From contig CAYWQM010000015.1 of NCBI GenBank assembly GCA_964460215.1, positions 1 through 63,032 on the forward strand: DNA of 63,032 nt, in the 5' to 3' direction. Position numbers and translations under genes: made by a program. This document shows positions 19,165-30,074 of the stretch, piece by piece; the stretch's first letter is position 1; each line of letters begins with the position of its first letter. The notes beneath the pieces were generated by a model, which did not search any database, was not told where the DNA came from, and was given only the letters and a program-made list of their open reading frames with translations. Source of the stretch: an uncultured Lentisphaerales bacterium. Lineage in GTDB: Bacteria > Verrucomicrobiota > Lentisphaeria > JABSQK01 > CAJWLW01.

Positions 19165-20223
19165 ATGCAACAACCACGCTACGAGTATGCCGATCTTCTA
19201 TCTCTCGGTGCCGCGATATTCGAATGGGCCGGGTTGCCGAGTGATAAGGCTGGCATAACCGCCCGTTGTCTGTTGACCGCGGACCTGATGGGGCACACAA
19301 CCCACGGCTTGCAACTGTGCCGGGCGTACATCAAGCAGTTCGAGTCGGGCAACTGGCGGACCGATGGTGAAATTGAGGTGATGTCGGACAACGGCGGCAG
19401 CATCGTGTGGAACGCGAACTATCTACCGGGTCCGTGGGTCACCGATCGTGCAGTACATACCTTGATCGAGCGTGTCGATGAGGTCGGAGTAGCGACACTG
19501 GCTATCCGTGAGTGTTCGCATGTCGGTTGCCTCCAGGCGTATCTGCCGGCAGCGACAGAGCATGGCTGCATGATGATCCTAATGTGCTCCGATCCGTTCA
19601 CTCGCTCCGTAGCGCCGTTCGGTGGCATTGATCCGCTGTTTACGCCTAATCCAATTGCTGTCGGCATTCCGACGGAGAAGGATCCGATCCTGGTCGACGT
19701 CAGTTGCTCGATCACCACCAACGGCAGCGTCATGCGCACGCATTCCGCCGGCGAGCGGTTGCCCGGAGAATGGTTGCTGACGGCTGACGGTGAATTGACG
19801 GACGACCCCGGTGCCGCTGCGGCGGACCCGCCGGCAACTGTATTGCCAATCGGCGGTATGGACTACGGCCACAAAGGCTATGCCTTGGCCTTGATGGTCG
19901 AAGCGCTGACACAGGGGCTGTCGGGCTACGGGCGCAGCGATGCACCGGATCGCTGGGGAACGAGCATGTTCATTCAACTGTTGGGGCCGCAGGCTTTTGC
20001 CGGCAACGCGGCCTTCACGGAGCAAACCGAATGGCTGCGCGAGGCTTGCTGCGATTCGAGGCCGCGCCCGGACTGTGAAGCTGTGCGGGTTCCGGGACAG
20101 CGAGCCCAGGAGTTGCAGCGTGAAATGCTGGCAAACGGCGTCGTTTTAGCCCCGCCTGTAGAAGAGTCGTTGCGGCGTTGCTGTGATGATGCCGACCTTA
20201 TTTTTCCTGAAGCGAGGGGATGA
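19165..20223 (+). CDS. Ldh_2 family (malate/L-lactate/ureidoglycolate-type) oxidoreductase
   Basis: ADLMGHTTHGL, SHVG, TPNPIA, GHKGYAL, VRVPG. Confidence 0.9.
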   Translation: MQQPRYEYADLLSLGAAIFEWAGLPSDKAGITARCLLTADLMGHTTHGLQLCRAYIKQFESGNWRTDGEIEVMSDNGGSIVWNANYLPGPWVTDRAVHTLIERVDEVGVATLAIRECSHVGCLQAYLPAATEHGCMMILMCSDPFTRSVAPFGGIDPLFTPNPIAVGIPTEKDPILVDVSCSITTNGSVMRTHSAGERLPGEWLLTADGELTDDPGAAAADPPATVLPIGGMDYGHKGYALALMVEALTQGLSGYGRSDAPDRWGTSMFIQLLGPQAFAGNAAFTEQTEWLREACCDSRPRPDCEAVRVPGQRAQELQREMLANGVVLAPPVEESLRRCCDDADLIFPEARG

Positions 20224-20226
20224 TCA

Positions 20227-21069
20227 ATGAGCCGACCCGATGAAGACGCCAGACGCGCTTACTGGACGGCATCGCTCGATGCCGCCAATGCCTTGATGGA
20301 CCAGGTCATGACGCATCGATACGAGGAGTCCGGAGAACCGCTGGGCTCGATTCCCGATGCCATGGCGGCGGCTGGCGTCGAGGTGCAGTTTTCCGACAGC
20401 CGTTTGGCTGACGAATTTGATCGCCTGTTTTACATCCGCGAGGGGCTGTTGCCGCATCTCATTGATGTTGCCCGTGAAATGAACGACCGTGGCTGGATTT
20501 TGAAAATTGAAGATGGCTTTCGCACGCAGGAAATGCAGACCTGCCTCGGGCGCTCGCCACGGACGTTCGATCAGGTCGTCCGGATGTGCGTCTGGGAGTG
20601 TCACGGCGAGCTGCCGTCGCTGGAGTTGCTGTTCAAGCGCGCCCGCGCGATGGTGGCGCAGAACCCGATCTGTGGGACCCACACTCAGGGGGCAGCTGTC
20701 GATATTTCTGTTTACCGTCGGGATGACGGCTCGGAACTCTGCCGTGGCAAACCGTACCTGGAAATGAGCGAAATCACGCCGATGACCTCGCCGTTTATCT
20801 CGGCGGAGCAGCACGCCAACCGTGAGCAGATCACGACGGTCATGGAGCGCCATGGCTTCATGCATTACCCAGGTGAATTCTGGCATTACAATCAGGGCGA
20901 TGTACTCTATCAAATTCTTATGAAGTCCGACGCTCCGGGCCGCTATGGGCCGGTACATTGGGACAGGACGACCAACGCTATCGTGACGTATGATGACCCG
21001 TGCGGGCGGTTGACCGATGAAGTGAAATTGGAATCCCTCTTGCATGAGGCACTGGCTCGAATTGGCTGA
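20227..21069 (+). CDS. M15D (VanX/DdpX-like) D-Ala-D-Ala dipeptidase family protein
   Basis: IEDGFRT, GTHTQGAAVD (H-x6-D), EFWHY Zn motifs. Confidence 0.85.
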   Translation: MSRPDEDARRAYWTASLDAANALMDQVMTHRYEESGEPLGSIPDAMAAAGVEVQFSDSRLADEFDRLFYIREGLLPHLIDVAREMNDRGWILKIEDGFRTQEMQTCLGRSPRTFDQVVRMCVWECHGELPSLELLFKRARAMVAQNPICGTHTQGAAVDISVYRRDDGSELCRGKPYLEMSEITPMTSPFISAEQHANREQITTVMERHGFMHYPGEFWHYNQGDVLYQILMKSDAPGRYGPVHWDRTTNAIVTYDDPCGRLTDEVKLESLLHEALARIG

Positions 21070-21133
21070 TTGGGCTAGTCGGGTGCCGTGCCATCTATAA
21101 CTGAACAGGCAATCACAACCAGAGACCCAGATC

Positions 21134-22219
21134 ATGGCTGACAAGCATCTCGTATTTGTAACATCATGTGATACCGGTGACGACGGTGCGATCCACGCTT
21201 TTCACTTGGATGCCAACAGTGGTGCGCTGGAAGCGGTGCATCGTACGGGCAATCTCGACAATGTGTTTTTCATCGCTCTTTCGCCTGACAGGAAATATCT
21301 GTATGCGACAGGCGCGTCCGGCAGTTTTAACGATGCCGAAGGTCACACTGCGGCTTTCGAAATTATCGGTGACAATGGTGAATTGAAGGAGTTGAATCGT
21401 CAGTCGTCGAAAGGCCAGACGAATTGTTACGTCCAGATTGATCCTGGCGGCAAGGCTGTCGTCATCGCAAACTACTCGAGCGGCGATGTCGGGTCGTACC
21501 CGGTGCAGCCTGACGGGTCACTGGGGGAAATGCAGTCGTTTTTTCAGCACGAGGGCGCCAGCCTGGTCGATGCGGGACGGCAGGAGGCGGCACACGCGCA
21601 TTGTGCCGAGATCAGCCCGGACGGGAACTATCTGTACGCCTGTGATCTTGGGCTCGACCAGATTCGCTGCTATAATCTCTATGCTGCAACCGCGACTCTG
21701 ACGCCCAGTTTGCAGCCGTACGTCCGCACTGTCGCCGGCGGCGGGCCTCGTCATTTCGCTTTTCACCCCAACGGCCGCTTTGCCTACGCGAACAACGAGC
21801 TGGCAAACTCTGTCAACGTTTTCAGCTATTGTCCCGATACGGGCATTCTCATCGAACGCCAGGTGATTTCTTCGTTGCCCGACGACTTCGACGGTGAGAG
21901 CTATACCGCCGATATCAAGATCTCCCCGTGCGGTTCCTGGCTATACTGTACGAATCGCCTGCACGACAGTATTGCAGTTTACGGCATCGGCGAGGATGGT
22001 TGTCTCACCCTGGTGGAGGTTGTGCCGGGGCGGGGAAATTACACCCAGAATCTGGCGATCACGCCGGACGGCGGCATACTCCTGGCAGCGAACATCGATA
22101 GCGCAGAACAGGGTGGGGCGAATCTCGTGGCATTTCGTATCGACGGCGACACCGGCCGCTTGACAGCTGTGGGTGAGGCGATTCCGCTGCCGCATCCGTC
22201 ATGCATCATGATCGCGTGA
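21134..22219 (+). CDS. Lactonase, 7-bladed beta-propeller (6-phosphogluconolactonase-like)
   Basis: ANYSSG, AHAH, CDLGLD, GPRHFAFHP, TNRLHDSI. Confidence 0.9.
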   Translation: MADKHLVFVTSCDTGDDGAIHAFHLDANSGALEAVHRTGNLDNVFFIALSPDRKYLYATGASGSFNDAEGHTAAFEIIGDNGELKELNRQSSKGQTNCYVQIDPGGKAVVIANYSSGDVGSYPVQPDGSLGEMQSFFQHEGASLVDAGRQEAAHAHCAEISPDGNYLYACDLGLDQIRCYNLYAATATLTPSLQPYVRTVAGGGPRHFAFHPNGRFAYANNELANSVNVFSYCPDTGILIERQVISSLPDDFDGESYTADIKISPCGSWLYCTNRLHDSIAVYGIGEDGCLTLVEVVPGRGNYTQNLAITPDGGILLAANIDSAEQGGANLVAFRIDGDTGRLTAVGEAIPLPHPSCIMIA

Positions 22220-22300
22220 GGTGAATCTGTCCAGGGTGCTGCCGAAGACCCGGTAAGGGTCGGGGAAAAGCATAGTTGAATAAGCATGCGAATGCTCAAC

Positions 22301-23887
22301 TCAACGCCTGACACCTTTCCACAGACGCAGTTTTATCTTTTTGTATTCCTTGATGTCAGTGAGCTCGCGCCATTCGTAGAACGGTGATATTGGCATGCGG
22401 TGGCGTCCGAGCACGTAGACACTTTGTACGCCTATCGGCAGGTCTGCGATGTCGTTGATCCGGACGACTCGGTGATCGAGGTAATAGCACTCGGATGGAT
22501 AAAGGTCGTGGCCCGGTATGATTTCGTAGACTGTGACGCCTGTCGGCAGGTCTGCGGAAAAGCTGCGGGCGAAGTCGCGGCTGTGGCTGTTGTACAGGTG
22601 ATTGTAGACCTGGATGCTGCCGGCGACGGTGAGTTGCAAAGCCATCGCTGATCCAGCAACCAGCAGCCAGACGGGAGCTTTGCGACGGCCAAGCCAGATA
22701 GCGGTGACAATGCCGGCGGCGGCGAGCATGCATCCACCGCTTAGTAGAAGCATAGGTGTCGGGACCTGCCAGCTAATCATCTGTAGGCGGAGCAGCACAC
22801 CGATCACTGCCGTGGCGATAATTCCGGCAGCGGCGATGCCGGACAACGCCAGGGGCAGCATGCGTAATTGGCGCTTATAGCGACGGATCAGCAGTTCGTA
22901 GTTCATGCCCAGCAGGATCGCTGCCGGCCCGATCAGTGGCAGCAGCACCTTCGAGTCACTGGCAGGAATGATCCAGAAAAAATAGAAAAGCGAGTAGACG
23001 ATAGCTCGGAGGTATTGGCACAGTACGGGGTTTTTCTCGAGTGGATGGAAGGCAGCACTAAATCCCGGCCAGGCAAGAAAGGCCCAGGGGAGGAAGCCGA
23101 TCACCGCGCGCACAGGGAATTCGATGACCCGGCGCAGGTAGCCGACCGCATGCTCAACCGGAGTAAACTCCTGAAACACCCGCACGATCTCTTCTTTGAC
23201 GAATGGTACTAACAGCACCCAGCCGATCATGCCGATAACCAGGACTGCCAGCGGGAACAGGTGCTCCAGTTTCCAGAAACGTCGGATGACCTTTAGCGGT
23301 CGCCGCATAAGCAGCAGCGGAAAATAGAAATAAAACAGTGCCAGGGGGCCACCTGTAAAGAGGGCACATGCCAGCAGCAGGTGTGAAGTGCTCCAGGCAT
23401 ACATCCAGCGCTTGCGCTCGCGACTGAGAAGGTAAAACGAAATCCAAGCGGCATTGATGAAGAGGGCGAAAAGCATGTCGTTCTTGGCAACGCCGCCGAT
23501 ACTAATGGCCGCCAGGCTCGTACAGACTGCAGCACCTGTAGCTAAGGTCCCGCAACCGGGAGCCGCGCGATGTACGGTAAACATGCATATCAATGCCAGT
23601 AGCACCGTGGGCAGGATGCCGACCAGCCGGATGGTGACTTCGTTGAGCCCGACGGTCATTGAAATCAAACCCAACACCCAGGCACACATCGGGGCGGTTA
23701 GTATGGCGGACCCCTGGAAATGCGGTGTTACGAAGTCGTTGTTATGCAGCATCTCCCGGGCGATTGTCGCGTGTAGCGCTTCTTCGTGCGACAGCTCGGG
23801 CAGGAACATGGCGGGCACGGAAAGCAACAGGAACGCCCCGATCAGGAGCGTGACGTGCGTTGGTGAGGCGCCGGATTCGGTGTGCAT
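22301..23887 (-). CDS. ArnT/PMT_2-like GT-C membrane glycosyltransferase
   Basis: EEALHATIAREML...TPHFQG...PMCAW; DMLF; FLPWAFL; many TM segments. Confidence 0.8.
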   Translation of the reverse strand: MHTESGASPTHVTLLIGAFLLLSVPAMFLPELSHEEALHATIAREMLHNNDFVTPHFQGSAILTAPMCAWVLGLISMTVGLNEVTIRLVGILPTVLLALICMFTVHRAAPGCGTLATGAAVCTSLAAISIGGVAKNDMLFALFINAAWISFYLLSRERKRWMYAWSTSHLLLACALFTGGPLALFYFYFPLLLMRRPLKVIRRFWKLEHLFPLAVLVIGMIGWVLLVPFVKEEIVRVFQEFTPVEHAVGYLRRVIEFPVRAVIGFLPWAFLAWPGFSAAFHPLEKNPVLCQYLRAIVYSLFYFFWIIPASDSKVLLPLIGPAAILLGMNYELLIRRYKRQLRMLPLALSGIAAAGIIATAVIGVLLRLQMISWQVPTPMLLLSGGCMLAAAGIVTAIWLGRRKAPVWLLVAGSAMALQLTVAGSIQVYNHLYNSHSRDFARSFSADLPTGVTVYEIIPGHDLYPSECYYLDHRVVRINDIADLPIGVQSVYVLGRHRMPISPFYEWRELTDIKEYKKIKLRLWKGVRR

Positions 23888-24214
23888 GGGGAAATCCTGG
23901 GAGGAGCACTCGGGATTTTTACCGGAAATCGGCAGGGAACGTAGTGCTTTTGCGTGACAAAACGACGTATCTAACTTACCGACATGCAGTTGGCATATCA
24001 ACAATTGCACGGCGATTTGTCGTTGCAGGAGGGGGATTTCCTGCTATGTTTAGATATACGCGAGTTGCCACGACTTGGTCGGGTGAATAGATACTTGGCA
24101 TTGACTTTTAACGCTCAGAGTTCCCTGGGTTGAAATTCATCCGTTGCGTTTTATTCAGTTGTGGCGAGTTTTTAGTGAACTTGGAGTTTGTGGATTCTCA
24201 ATTTCGGGGTTGTT

Positions 24215-24595
24215 ATGGTAGAACTGGACTTTTCCAAATCAGAAGACGGCCTGATCCCTGCCATCGCACAGGATTTCGAAACGGGCGAAGTGCTGATGCT
24301 GGCCTTCATCAACGACCAGGCTTGGCAGCATACTCTGGAAACCGGTAATGCCACCTACTGGTCACGTTCGCGTGGGAAATTATGGGTCAAGGGCGAAAGC
24401 TCTGGCAACGTGCAAAAAATCAAGGAAATCCTTGTCGACTGCGATGATGATGCCGTAGTTTACAAGATCGAGCAAGTCGGTGGCGCTGCCTGCCATACCG
24501 GCTACCGTACCTGCTTCTATCGCCGTGTTGACGGGGACGAGCTGGATGCTGTCGGCGACCCGGTCTTTGACCCCGATGAAGTCTATGGTAAATAG
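24215..24595 (+). CDS. hisI: Phosphoribosyl-AMP cyclohydrolase
   Basis: [30 protein letters not shown]. Confidence 0.96.
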   Translation: MVELDFSKSEDGLIPAIAQDFETGEVLMLAFINDQAWQHTLETGNATYWSRSRGKLWVKGESSGNVQKIKEILVDCDDDAVVYKIEQVGGAACHTGYRTCFYRRVDGDELDAVGDPVFDPDEVYGK

Positions 24596-24647
24596 GGCAT
24601 TGAATGAATGGCCTCCACTGGTCATCCCCAAATGGGAAACATGATTT

Positions 24648-25520
24648 ATGGATAAACTGCAACTTGGCATTCCCAAAGGCAGCCTGCAGGACAGTACGGT
24701 TGAGATGTTCGGCAAGGCGGGCTATCGCATCACCGTCAGTTCGCGCTCGTATTATCCGAGTATCGACGCTCCGGAGATCGAGTGCACACTGATCCGGGCA
24801 CAGGAGATGGCACGGTACGTTGATGAAGGCATTCTCGATGCCGGACTCACGGGCCACGATTGGGTGGTTGAATCCGGCGCCGAAGTCGTCGAAGTGGCGG
24901 AACTGGTCTATGGCAAGGTCGGTCGCCGGCCGTTGCGCTGGGTGTTGGCGGTGCCTGAGGACTCGCCGATCTCCGGCCCCCAGGACCTGCAGGGCAAGCG
25001 TATTGCCACCGAGGCGGTTGGCATGACGGAACGATACCTGGCTGAACACAACGTCGAGGCCATGGTCGAATTCAGTTGGGGCGCGACCGAGGTGAAGCCG
25101 CCGCGCTTGGCGGACGCTATCGTTGAGATTACCGAGACCGGTTCGTCTCTGCGTGCCAACAACCTCAAAATTATCGACACATTGTGTACGTCAACGACCC
25201 GGTTGATCGCCAACGAGATTGCCTGGAAGAACGAGTTCAAATCGCGCAAGATCAAGCGCCTGGCAATGCTGCTGCAAGCCGTGCTGAATGCGGAAAGCCG
25301 CGTGGGACTCATGCTCAACGTGCGCAAGTCAGATGTCGCCAAAGTCCTTGACATGCTGCCGGCCCTGCGGCGCCCGACTGTGTCGCCTCTGGTTGACGAT
25401 GATTGGGTGGCCCTGACCACGATCGTTGACGAGTATGTGGTGCGGGATCAAATCCCGAAGCTGAAAGAAGCCGGCGCCGAGGGGATTGTTGAATATCCAC
25501 TCAATAAGATCGTGGAGTGA
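24648..25520 (+). CDS. hisG: ATP phosphoribosyltransferase (long form)
   Basis: [28 protein letters not shown]-terminal PTVSPL regulatory domain. Confidence 0.96.
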   Translation: MDKLQLGIPKGSLQDSTVEMFGKAGYRITVSSRSYYPSIDAPEIECTLIRAQEMARYVDEGILDAGLTGHDWVVESGAEVVEVAELVYGKVGRRPLRWVLAVPEDSPISGPQDLQGKRIATEAVGMTERYLAEHNVEAMVEFSWGATEVKPPRLADAIVEITETGSSLRANNLKIIDTLCTSTTRLIANEIAWKNEFKSRKIKRLAMLLQAVLNAESRVGLMLNVRKSDVAKVLDMLPALRRPTVSPLVDDDWVALTTIVDEYVVRDQIPKLKEAGAEGIVEYPLNKIVE

Positions 25521-25524
25521 TGCC

Positions 25525-26115
25525 ATGAACAGCAGCCGATTCCGTGGTGGAATTTTCAGTGTTCTCATCGCCTGCCTGCTCACCGGTTGTGGCAAAGGGG
25601 CGGTGTCTTCCGAGTCGGCTGATGATCCTCAATTGAGCCCGAAGACAGACGGTTCCGGGACGCAGATGGCAGATCGACCTGCGAAGTACCACTATGTGAT
25701 CGAAGCCGAAGTAGTGAAGAACCTCAGTGGGTCGATGACGATTGCTGAAGACCCGGACGCCGGCGGTGGGAAGTTTGTGCGTGTGCCAGTGAGGGAGAAG
25801 GACGCTGAACCCACCGGTCGCCTTGAAATTACACTGGATTTGCCGGTGAAGCGGGAAGCCTATTTCTGGTTCCGCACCCTGTGGAAGAGCGAATGCAACA
25901 ATTCATTGTTTCTGCAGGTGCCGGGACGGCCGAAAATGGAGGTTGGTGGGGACGGCAACTATAAGCGCTGGCACTGGGTTAGGCTCCCCGGTAGCGTGCC
26001 GTAGGAGGATGGCAGCCAGAAGATTCTGATAACCGAACGTGAGGACGATGTGGGAATCGATCAGGTCGTGGTGACGACTAATGAACGATTCGTTCCTGTC
26101 GAAATCGAAGACTAA
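25525..26115 (+). pseudogene. Lipoprotein with carbohydrate-binding-like beta-sandwich, interrupted by in-frame TAG at 26002
   Basis: Lipobox LLTGC; IEAE and WHWV motifs. The frame continues after TAG as EDGSQKILITEREDDVGIDQVVVTTNERFVPVEIED to TAA 26115, which looks like a natural domain end. Confidence 0.7.
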
Positions 26116-26137
26116 AGGAACCTGAACCTTCAGGACC

Positions 26138-27937
26138 ATGGCGAAAAAAAAGCACAACTACGACGAAAGTAAACTCAAGAAACTCAGTTCCCTCGAGCAT
26201 ATTCGTCTGCGTCCCGGCATGTATATCGGCCGCATGGGCAACGGCAATCACACGGACGACGGCATCTACGTGTTGTTCAAGGAAGTGGTCGACAACGGCG
26301 TCGACGAATACATCATGGGCTTCGGCAAGAAGATCGAGGTCAGTGTCGAGGATAACACCGTTGAAGTCCGAGATTACGGACGGGGCATTCCGCAGGGCAA
26401 GTTGGTGGAGTGCGTCACGGAGATCAATTTCGGCGGCAAGTTCAACGACGATGTCTTTCAATTTTCGGTCGGCATGAATGGCGTCGGCCTCAAGGCGGTC
26501 AATGGGTTGTCATCGAAATTTGTCGTGACCTCCTACCGCGCCGGAAAGTTCAAGCGTGCGACTTTCGCGAACGGCAAGTTGAAGGATCAGACGCGCGGTA
26601 AGACTTCGGAAGAAGACGGCACCAGTGTGCGCTTCGTGCCGGACCTCAAGCTGTTCCCGAAGTACAAGTTCAATCTCAACTTCATAATCCGGCGCATGTG
26701 GAACTATGCGTATCTCAACAGCGGCCTGTCCCTCTATCTGGATGGTAAGCGTATCCATTCGCGTAACGGCCTGTTCGATCTGCTGTCGGAGAAAGTCGAA
26801 GGTGATTCGCTGTATGAGATCGTGCATCACCGCGAAGTGATGATGGAGTTTGCCTTTTGCCACACCAGTAATTTCGGGGAGACTTACTTCTCCTTCGTCA
26901 ACGGCCAGTACACCAACGACGGGGGGACGCACCAGTCCGGATTCCGCGAGGGTATCCTCAAGGGAGTTTCGGAATACGCCCGCAAATCACTCGAAGGCGA
27001 CGATGTGCGGAACGGGATCTTCGGCGCTATTTCGATTAAGCTCAAGGAGCCGATCTTCGAGTCGCAGACCAAGAACAAACTGGGCAACACCGAAATCCGA
27101 ACTGACCTGGTGAAGAAGGTCAAGGACGCTGTGGCCAAGTACCTGTTCCAGAACAAGGGCGTCGCCGATGTCCTGATGGAGAAGGTCTCGCAGAACGAGA
27201 AGATGCGCAAGGAGATCCAGGCGGTCAAGAGGGCGAGCAAGGAGAAGGCGAAGAAGCTGTCGCTGAAGATTCCCAAGCTGCGTGACAGCAAGTATCACCT
27301 GAGCGATAACTCGAAGCACGGCACCGAAACCATGATTTTCCTGGCGGAGGGTGACTCGGCTGTCGGTCCGATGATCAGTAGTCGCGACGTTCATCGCCAA
27401 GCTATCTTCCCACTCAAGGGTAAGCCGCTTAACTGTTACGGAAAAAAACGGGATCTCATCATCAGTAACGATGAGTTCTACTGCATCATGCGTGCGCTTA
27501 ACATCGAGGATGGCCTCGACGGGTTGCGTTATGAAAAAGTCATCATCGCCACCGATGCCGATGATGACGGCATGCACATCCGAAACCTGCTGCTGACTTA
27601 CTTTCTCTATTACTTCAAAGAGTTGATCATGTCCGACCACCTCTACATCCTCGAGACGCCGCTGTTCAAGGTGCGCGACAAGAGTTCAACAGTTTATTGC
27701 TACGACGAGGGGGAACGTGATCATTCGCTTGAGACGCTTGGCGGCAAGCCGGAGATCACGCGCTTCAAAGGACTCGGAGAAATCTCCCCGAAAGAGTTTG
27801 GACAGTTTATCGGTGACGATATGCGCCTGACGAAAGTGTCCATCGACAAAATCCACGAAGTCGGCGAACTGCTCGAGTTTTTCATGGGCAGCAATACCCC
27901 GGAGCGCCGCGAATTCATTATGCAGAACCTGATTTGA
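26138..27937 (+). CDS. parE: Type IIA topoisomerase subunit B (topoisomerase IV ParE)
   Basis: RPGMYIG, EVVDN, DYGRGIP, GMNGVG, AEGDSA, PLKGK, ATDADDDG, RFKGLGE; short form. Confidence 0.92.
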   Translation: MAKKKHNYDESKLKKLSSLEHIRLRPGMYIGRMGNGNHTDDGIYVLFKEVVDNGVDEYIMGFGKKIEVSVEDNTVEVRDYGRGIPQGKLVECVTEINFGGKFNDDVFQFSVGMNGVGLKAVNGLSSKFVVTSYRAGKFKRATFANGKLKDQTRGKTSEEDGTSVRFVPDLKLFPKYKFNLNFIIRRMWNYAYLNSGLSLYLDGKRIHSRNGLFDLLSEKVEGDSLYEIVHHREVMMEFAFCHTSNFGETYFSFVNGQYTNDGGTHQSGFREGILKGVSEYARKSLEGDDVRNGIFGAISIKLKEPIFESQTKNKLGNTEIRTDLVKKVKDAVAKYLFQNKGVADVLMEKVSQNEKMRKEIQAVKRASKEKAKKLSLKIPKLRDSKYHLSDNSKHGTETMIFLAEGDSAVGPMISSRDVHRQAIFPLKGKPLNCYGKKRDLIISNDEFYCIMRALNIEDGLDGLRYEKVIIATDADDDGMHIRNLLLTYFLYYFKELIMSDHLYILETPLFKVRDKSSTVYCYDEGERDHSLETLGGKPEITRFKGLGEISPKEFGQFIGDDMRLTKVSIDKIHEVGELLEFFMGSNTPERREFIMQNLI

Positions 27938-27943
27938 GGAACC

Positions 27944-30073
27944 ATGGGCAAGGAAGAACAACTTCTGCTTGAACTGAACGAATCCAAAGCCATGTCAGAA
28001 GAACAGGAACCCGAAGAAATCCCGGAGTCCCCGGAAGAGGTCGACCAGCTCGCCGGCGATGATGCCGGCGACGACGCTGGTGCTGGCGACGGTGGCGGCG
28101 ACGGTGATGATGGTGATGGCGTAGATGCTGCTGCCTCATCCGAGCCCAGCGCGCTGCGGCAGATGATGTCGCAGTACTTCATGGAGTACGCTTCCTACGT
28201 CATCAAAGACCGTGCGATTCCGGCTATCAACGACGGTCTGAAGCCGGTGCAGCGACGTATCCTGTATTCGCTCCGGGAGATGGATGACGGGAAGTACCAC
28301 AAGGTTGCCAACATCGTTGGCAACACCATGAAGTACCATCCGCACGGTGACATGTCGATCTACAACGCGCTGGTCCATGTCGCCAACAAGGAATACTTCA
28401 TCGACCGCCAGGGGAATTTCGGCAACATCTACACCGGCGACGTTGCGTCTGCGGCGCGGTACATCGAGTGCCGTCTTTCGTTGTTGGCCAAGGAAGTTCT
28501 GTTCAACAAGGAAGTCACCGAATTTGTCGATACTTACGATGGTCGCAACGTCGAGCCTGTCGTTTTGCCGGCGAAAATCCCGTTGCTTTTGCTGCAGGGA
28601 GCCGAGGGGATCGCCGTTGGTATGTCCACACGGGTTCTACCGCATAATTTTAACGAAGTGCTGAAGGCGCAGATCAGCATCCTGCGCAAACGAAAATTCG
28701 CGATTTATCCGGACTTTCTTCACGGCGGTTCGATGGACGTCTCCGAATACGAGGACGGGTTCGGCAAGATCCGGTTGCGGGCGACTATCGAGATTGCCAG
28801 TGAAAAAAAGCTGATCATCCGCGAGATCCCTGCGACGACGACGACGGAGGGGTTGATTGCGACGATCGAGGATGCCGTGAACAAAGGCAAGCTCAAGATT
28901 TCCTCGATCAACGATTATACCGCAGAAACGGTCGAGATAGAAATAAACCTGCCCCGCAATGTCTATGCTGACCGCACTGTCCAGGCCTTGTATGCTTATA
29001 CGGACTGTCAGGTGTCGATCTCCTGCAACTGCCTGGTTATCCAGGATAATATGCCGGTGGAACTGCCGGTGTCCGATGTCCTGCGCCACAATACGGAGCG
29101 ATTGGTCAACACGCTGCGCAGTGAGTTGGAAATAGAATTGCAGAAGCTGCGTGACCATTACCACGAACGCAGTCTGGTGCAGATTTTTATCGAAAACCGC
29201 ATCTACAAGAAGATCGAGAAATGTGAAACGTTCGAGGCGGTGATGGCTGCTGTCCATAAAGGCTTGAAACCGCACGTCACGAATTTCGAGCGCCCGGTGA
29301 CCGATGATGATGTCACGAGGTTGCTGCAGATTGCGATTCGCCGCATCTCACTTTTTGATTTGAACAAGAACCAGGAGGATCTGCGGCGAACGCTCGAACA
29401 GATTGCCGAGATCGAGCATAACCTGGCAAACATCGTGCCGTTCACGATCGCTTATCTAAAGGACCTGAGAAAGCGTTACGGCTCCCAGTACAAGCGCCGT
29501 ACGACGATTGAGGACATTGAAGTCGTCGATGTACGGTCAATTGCCTTGAGCGATGTCAAAGTCGGCATCGACAAGAGCAACGGCTACATAGGTACGGAAG
29601 TGAAGTCGGATGTGGTTATGAACTGTACCGAGTTTGATCGGCTGGTGATCATAAAACCGAACGGCACGTACAAAGTGGTGCCGATTCCCGAGAAACTGTA
29701 TGTCGGTCGCGTTGCTTATCTGGGCAAGTCGAACAAGGAGCTGGTGTTCAGTATGCTCTACAAGGAACGCAAGACGCGTGAATGCTTTGCCAAGCGTTTC
29801 ATGATCGACAAGTACATCATGGACCGCGAGTACAGCACGGTGCCGAAAGGGTGCAAGGTCGAGAAGCTCTCAGACCGGCTTGGTGTCGTGCTGCGATGCC
29901 AGTTCGAACCGGCTCCGCGCCAGAAGAAGGATCACGCCGACGTCAAGTTCGATGACATCCCGATCCGAGGCAATTCTGCGAAAGGCTACCGTGTTGCGAC
30001 GAAGCGGATTGCCAAGGTCCTGCAGCTCAAGCGCGGCATCGAACAGAGCGCCGGCGACGCGGATTCAGACTGA
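27944..30073 (+). CDS. parC: Type IIA topoisomerase subunit A (topoisomerase IV ParC)
   Basis: DGLKPVQRR, YHPHGD, AARYIE (catalytic Tyr), GIAVGM; no GyrA-box seen; acidic Gly/Asp-rich N-terminus. Confidence 0.9.
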   Translation: MGKEEQLLLELNESKAMSEEQEPEEIPESPEEVDQLAGDDAGDDAGAGDGGGDGDDGDGVDAAASSEPSALRQMMSQYFMEYASYVIKDRAIPAINDGLKPVQRRILYSLREMDDGKYHKVANIVGNTMKYHPHGDMSIYNALVHVANKEYFIDRQGNFGNIYTGDVASAARYIECRLSLLAKEVLFNKEVTEFVDTYDGRNVEPVVLPAKIPLLLLQGAEGIAVGMSTRVLPHNFNEVLKAQISILRKRKFAIYPDFLHGGSMDVSEYEDGFGKIRLRATIEIASEKKLIIREIPATTTTEGLIATIEDAVNKGKLKISSINDYTAETVEIEINLPRNVYADRTVQALYAYTDCQVSISCNCLVIQDNMPVELPVSDVLRHNTERLVNTLRSELEIELQKLRDHYHERSLVQIFIENRIYKKIEKCETFEAVMAAVHKGLKPHVTNFERPVTDDDVTRLLQIAIRRISLFDLNKNQEDLRRTLEQIAEIEHNLANIVPFTIAYLKDLRKRYGSQYKRRTTIEDIEVVDVRSIALSDVKVGIDKSNGYIGTEVKSDVVMNCTEFDRLVIIKPNGTYKVVPIPEKLYVGRVAYLGKSNKELVFSMLYKERKTRECFAKRFMIDKYIMDREYSTVPKGCKVEKLSDRLGVVLRCQFEPAPRQKKDHADVKFDDIPIRGNSAKGYRVATKRIAKVLQLKRGIEQSAGDADSD

Positions 30074-30074
30074 A

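Noticed and set aside
20227-21069. Vancomycin resistance locus
   Set aside because: There is only a VanX/DdpX-family peptidase, with no vanA/vanH/vanRS; the adjacent dehydrogenase is Ldh_2 family, not VanH.
26138-30073. Calling the topoisomerase pair gyrB/gyrA
   Set aside because: The short B subunit, the AARYIE catalytic motif and the absence of a GyrA-box fit topoisomerase IV better.
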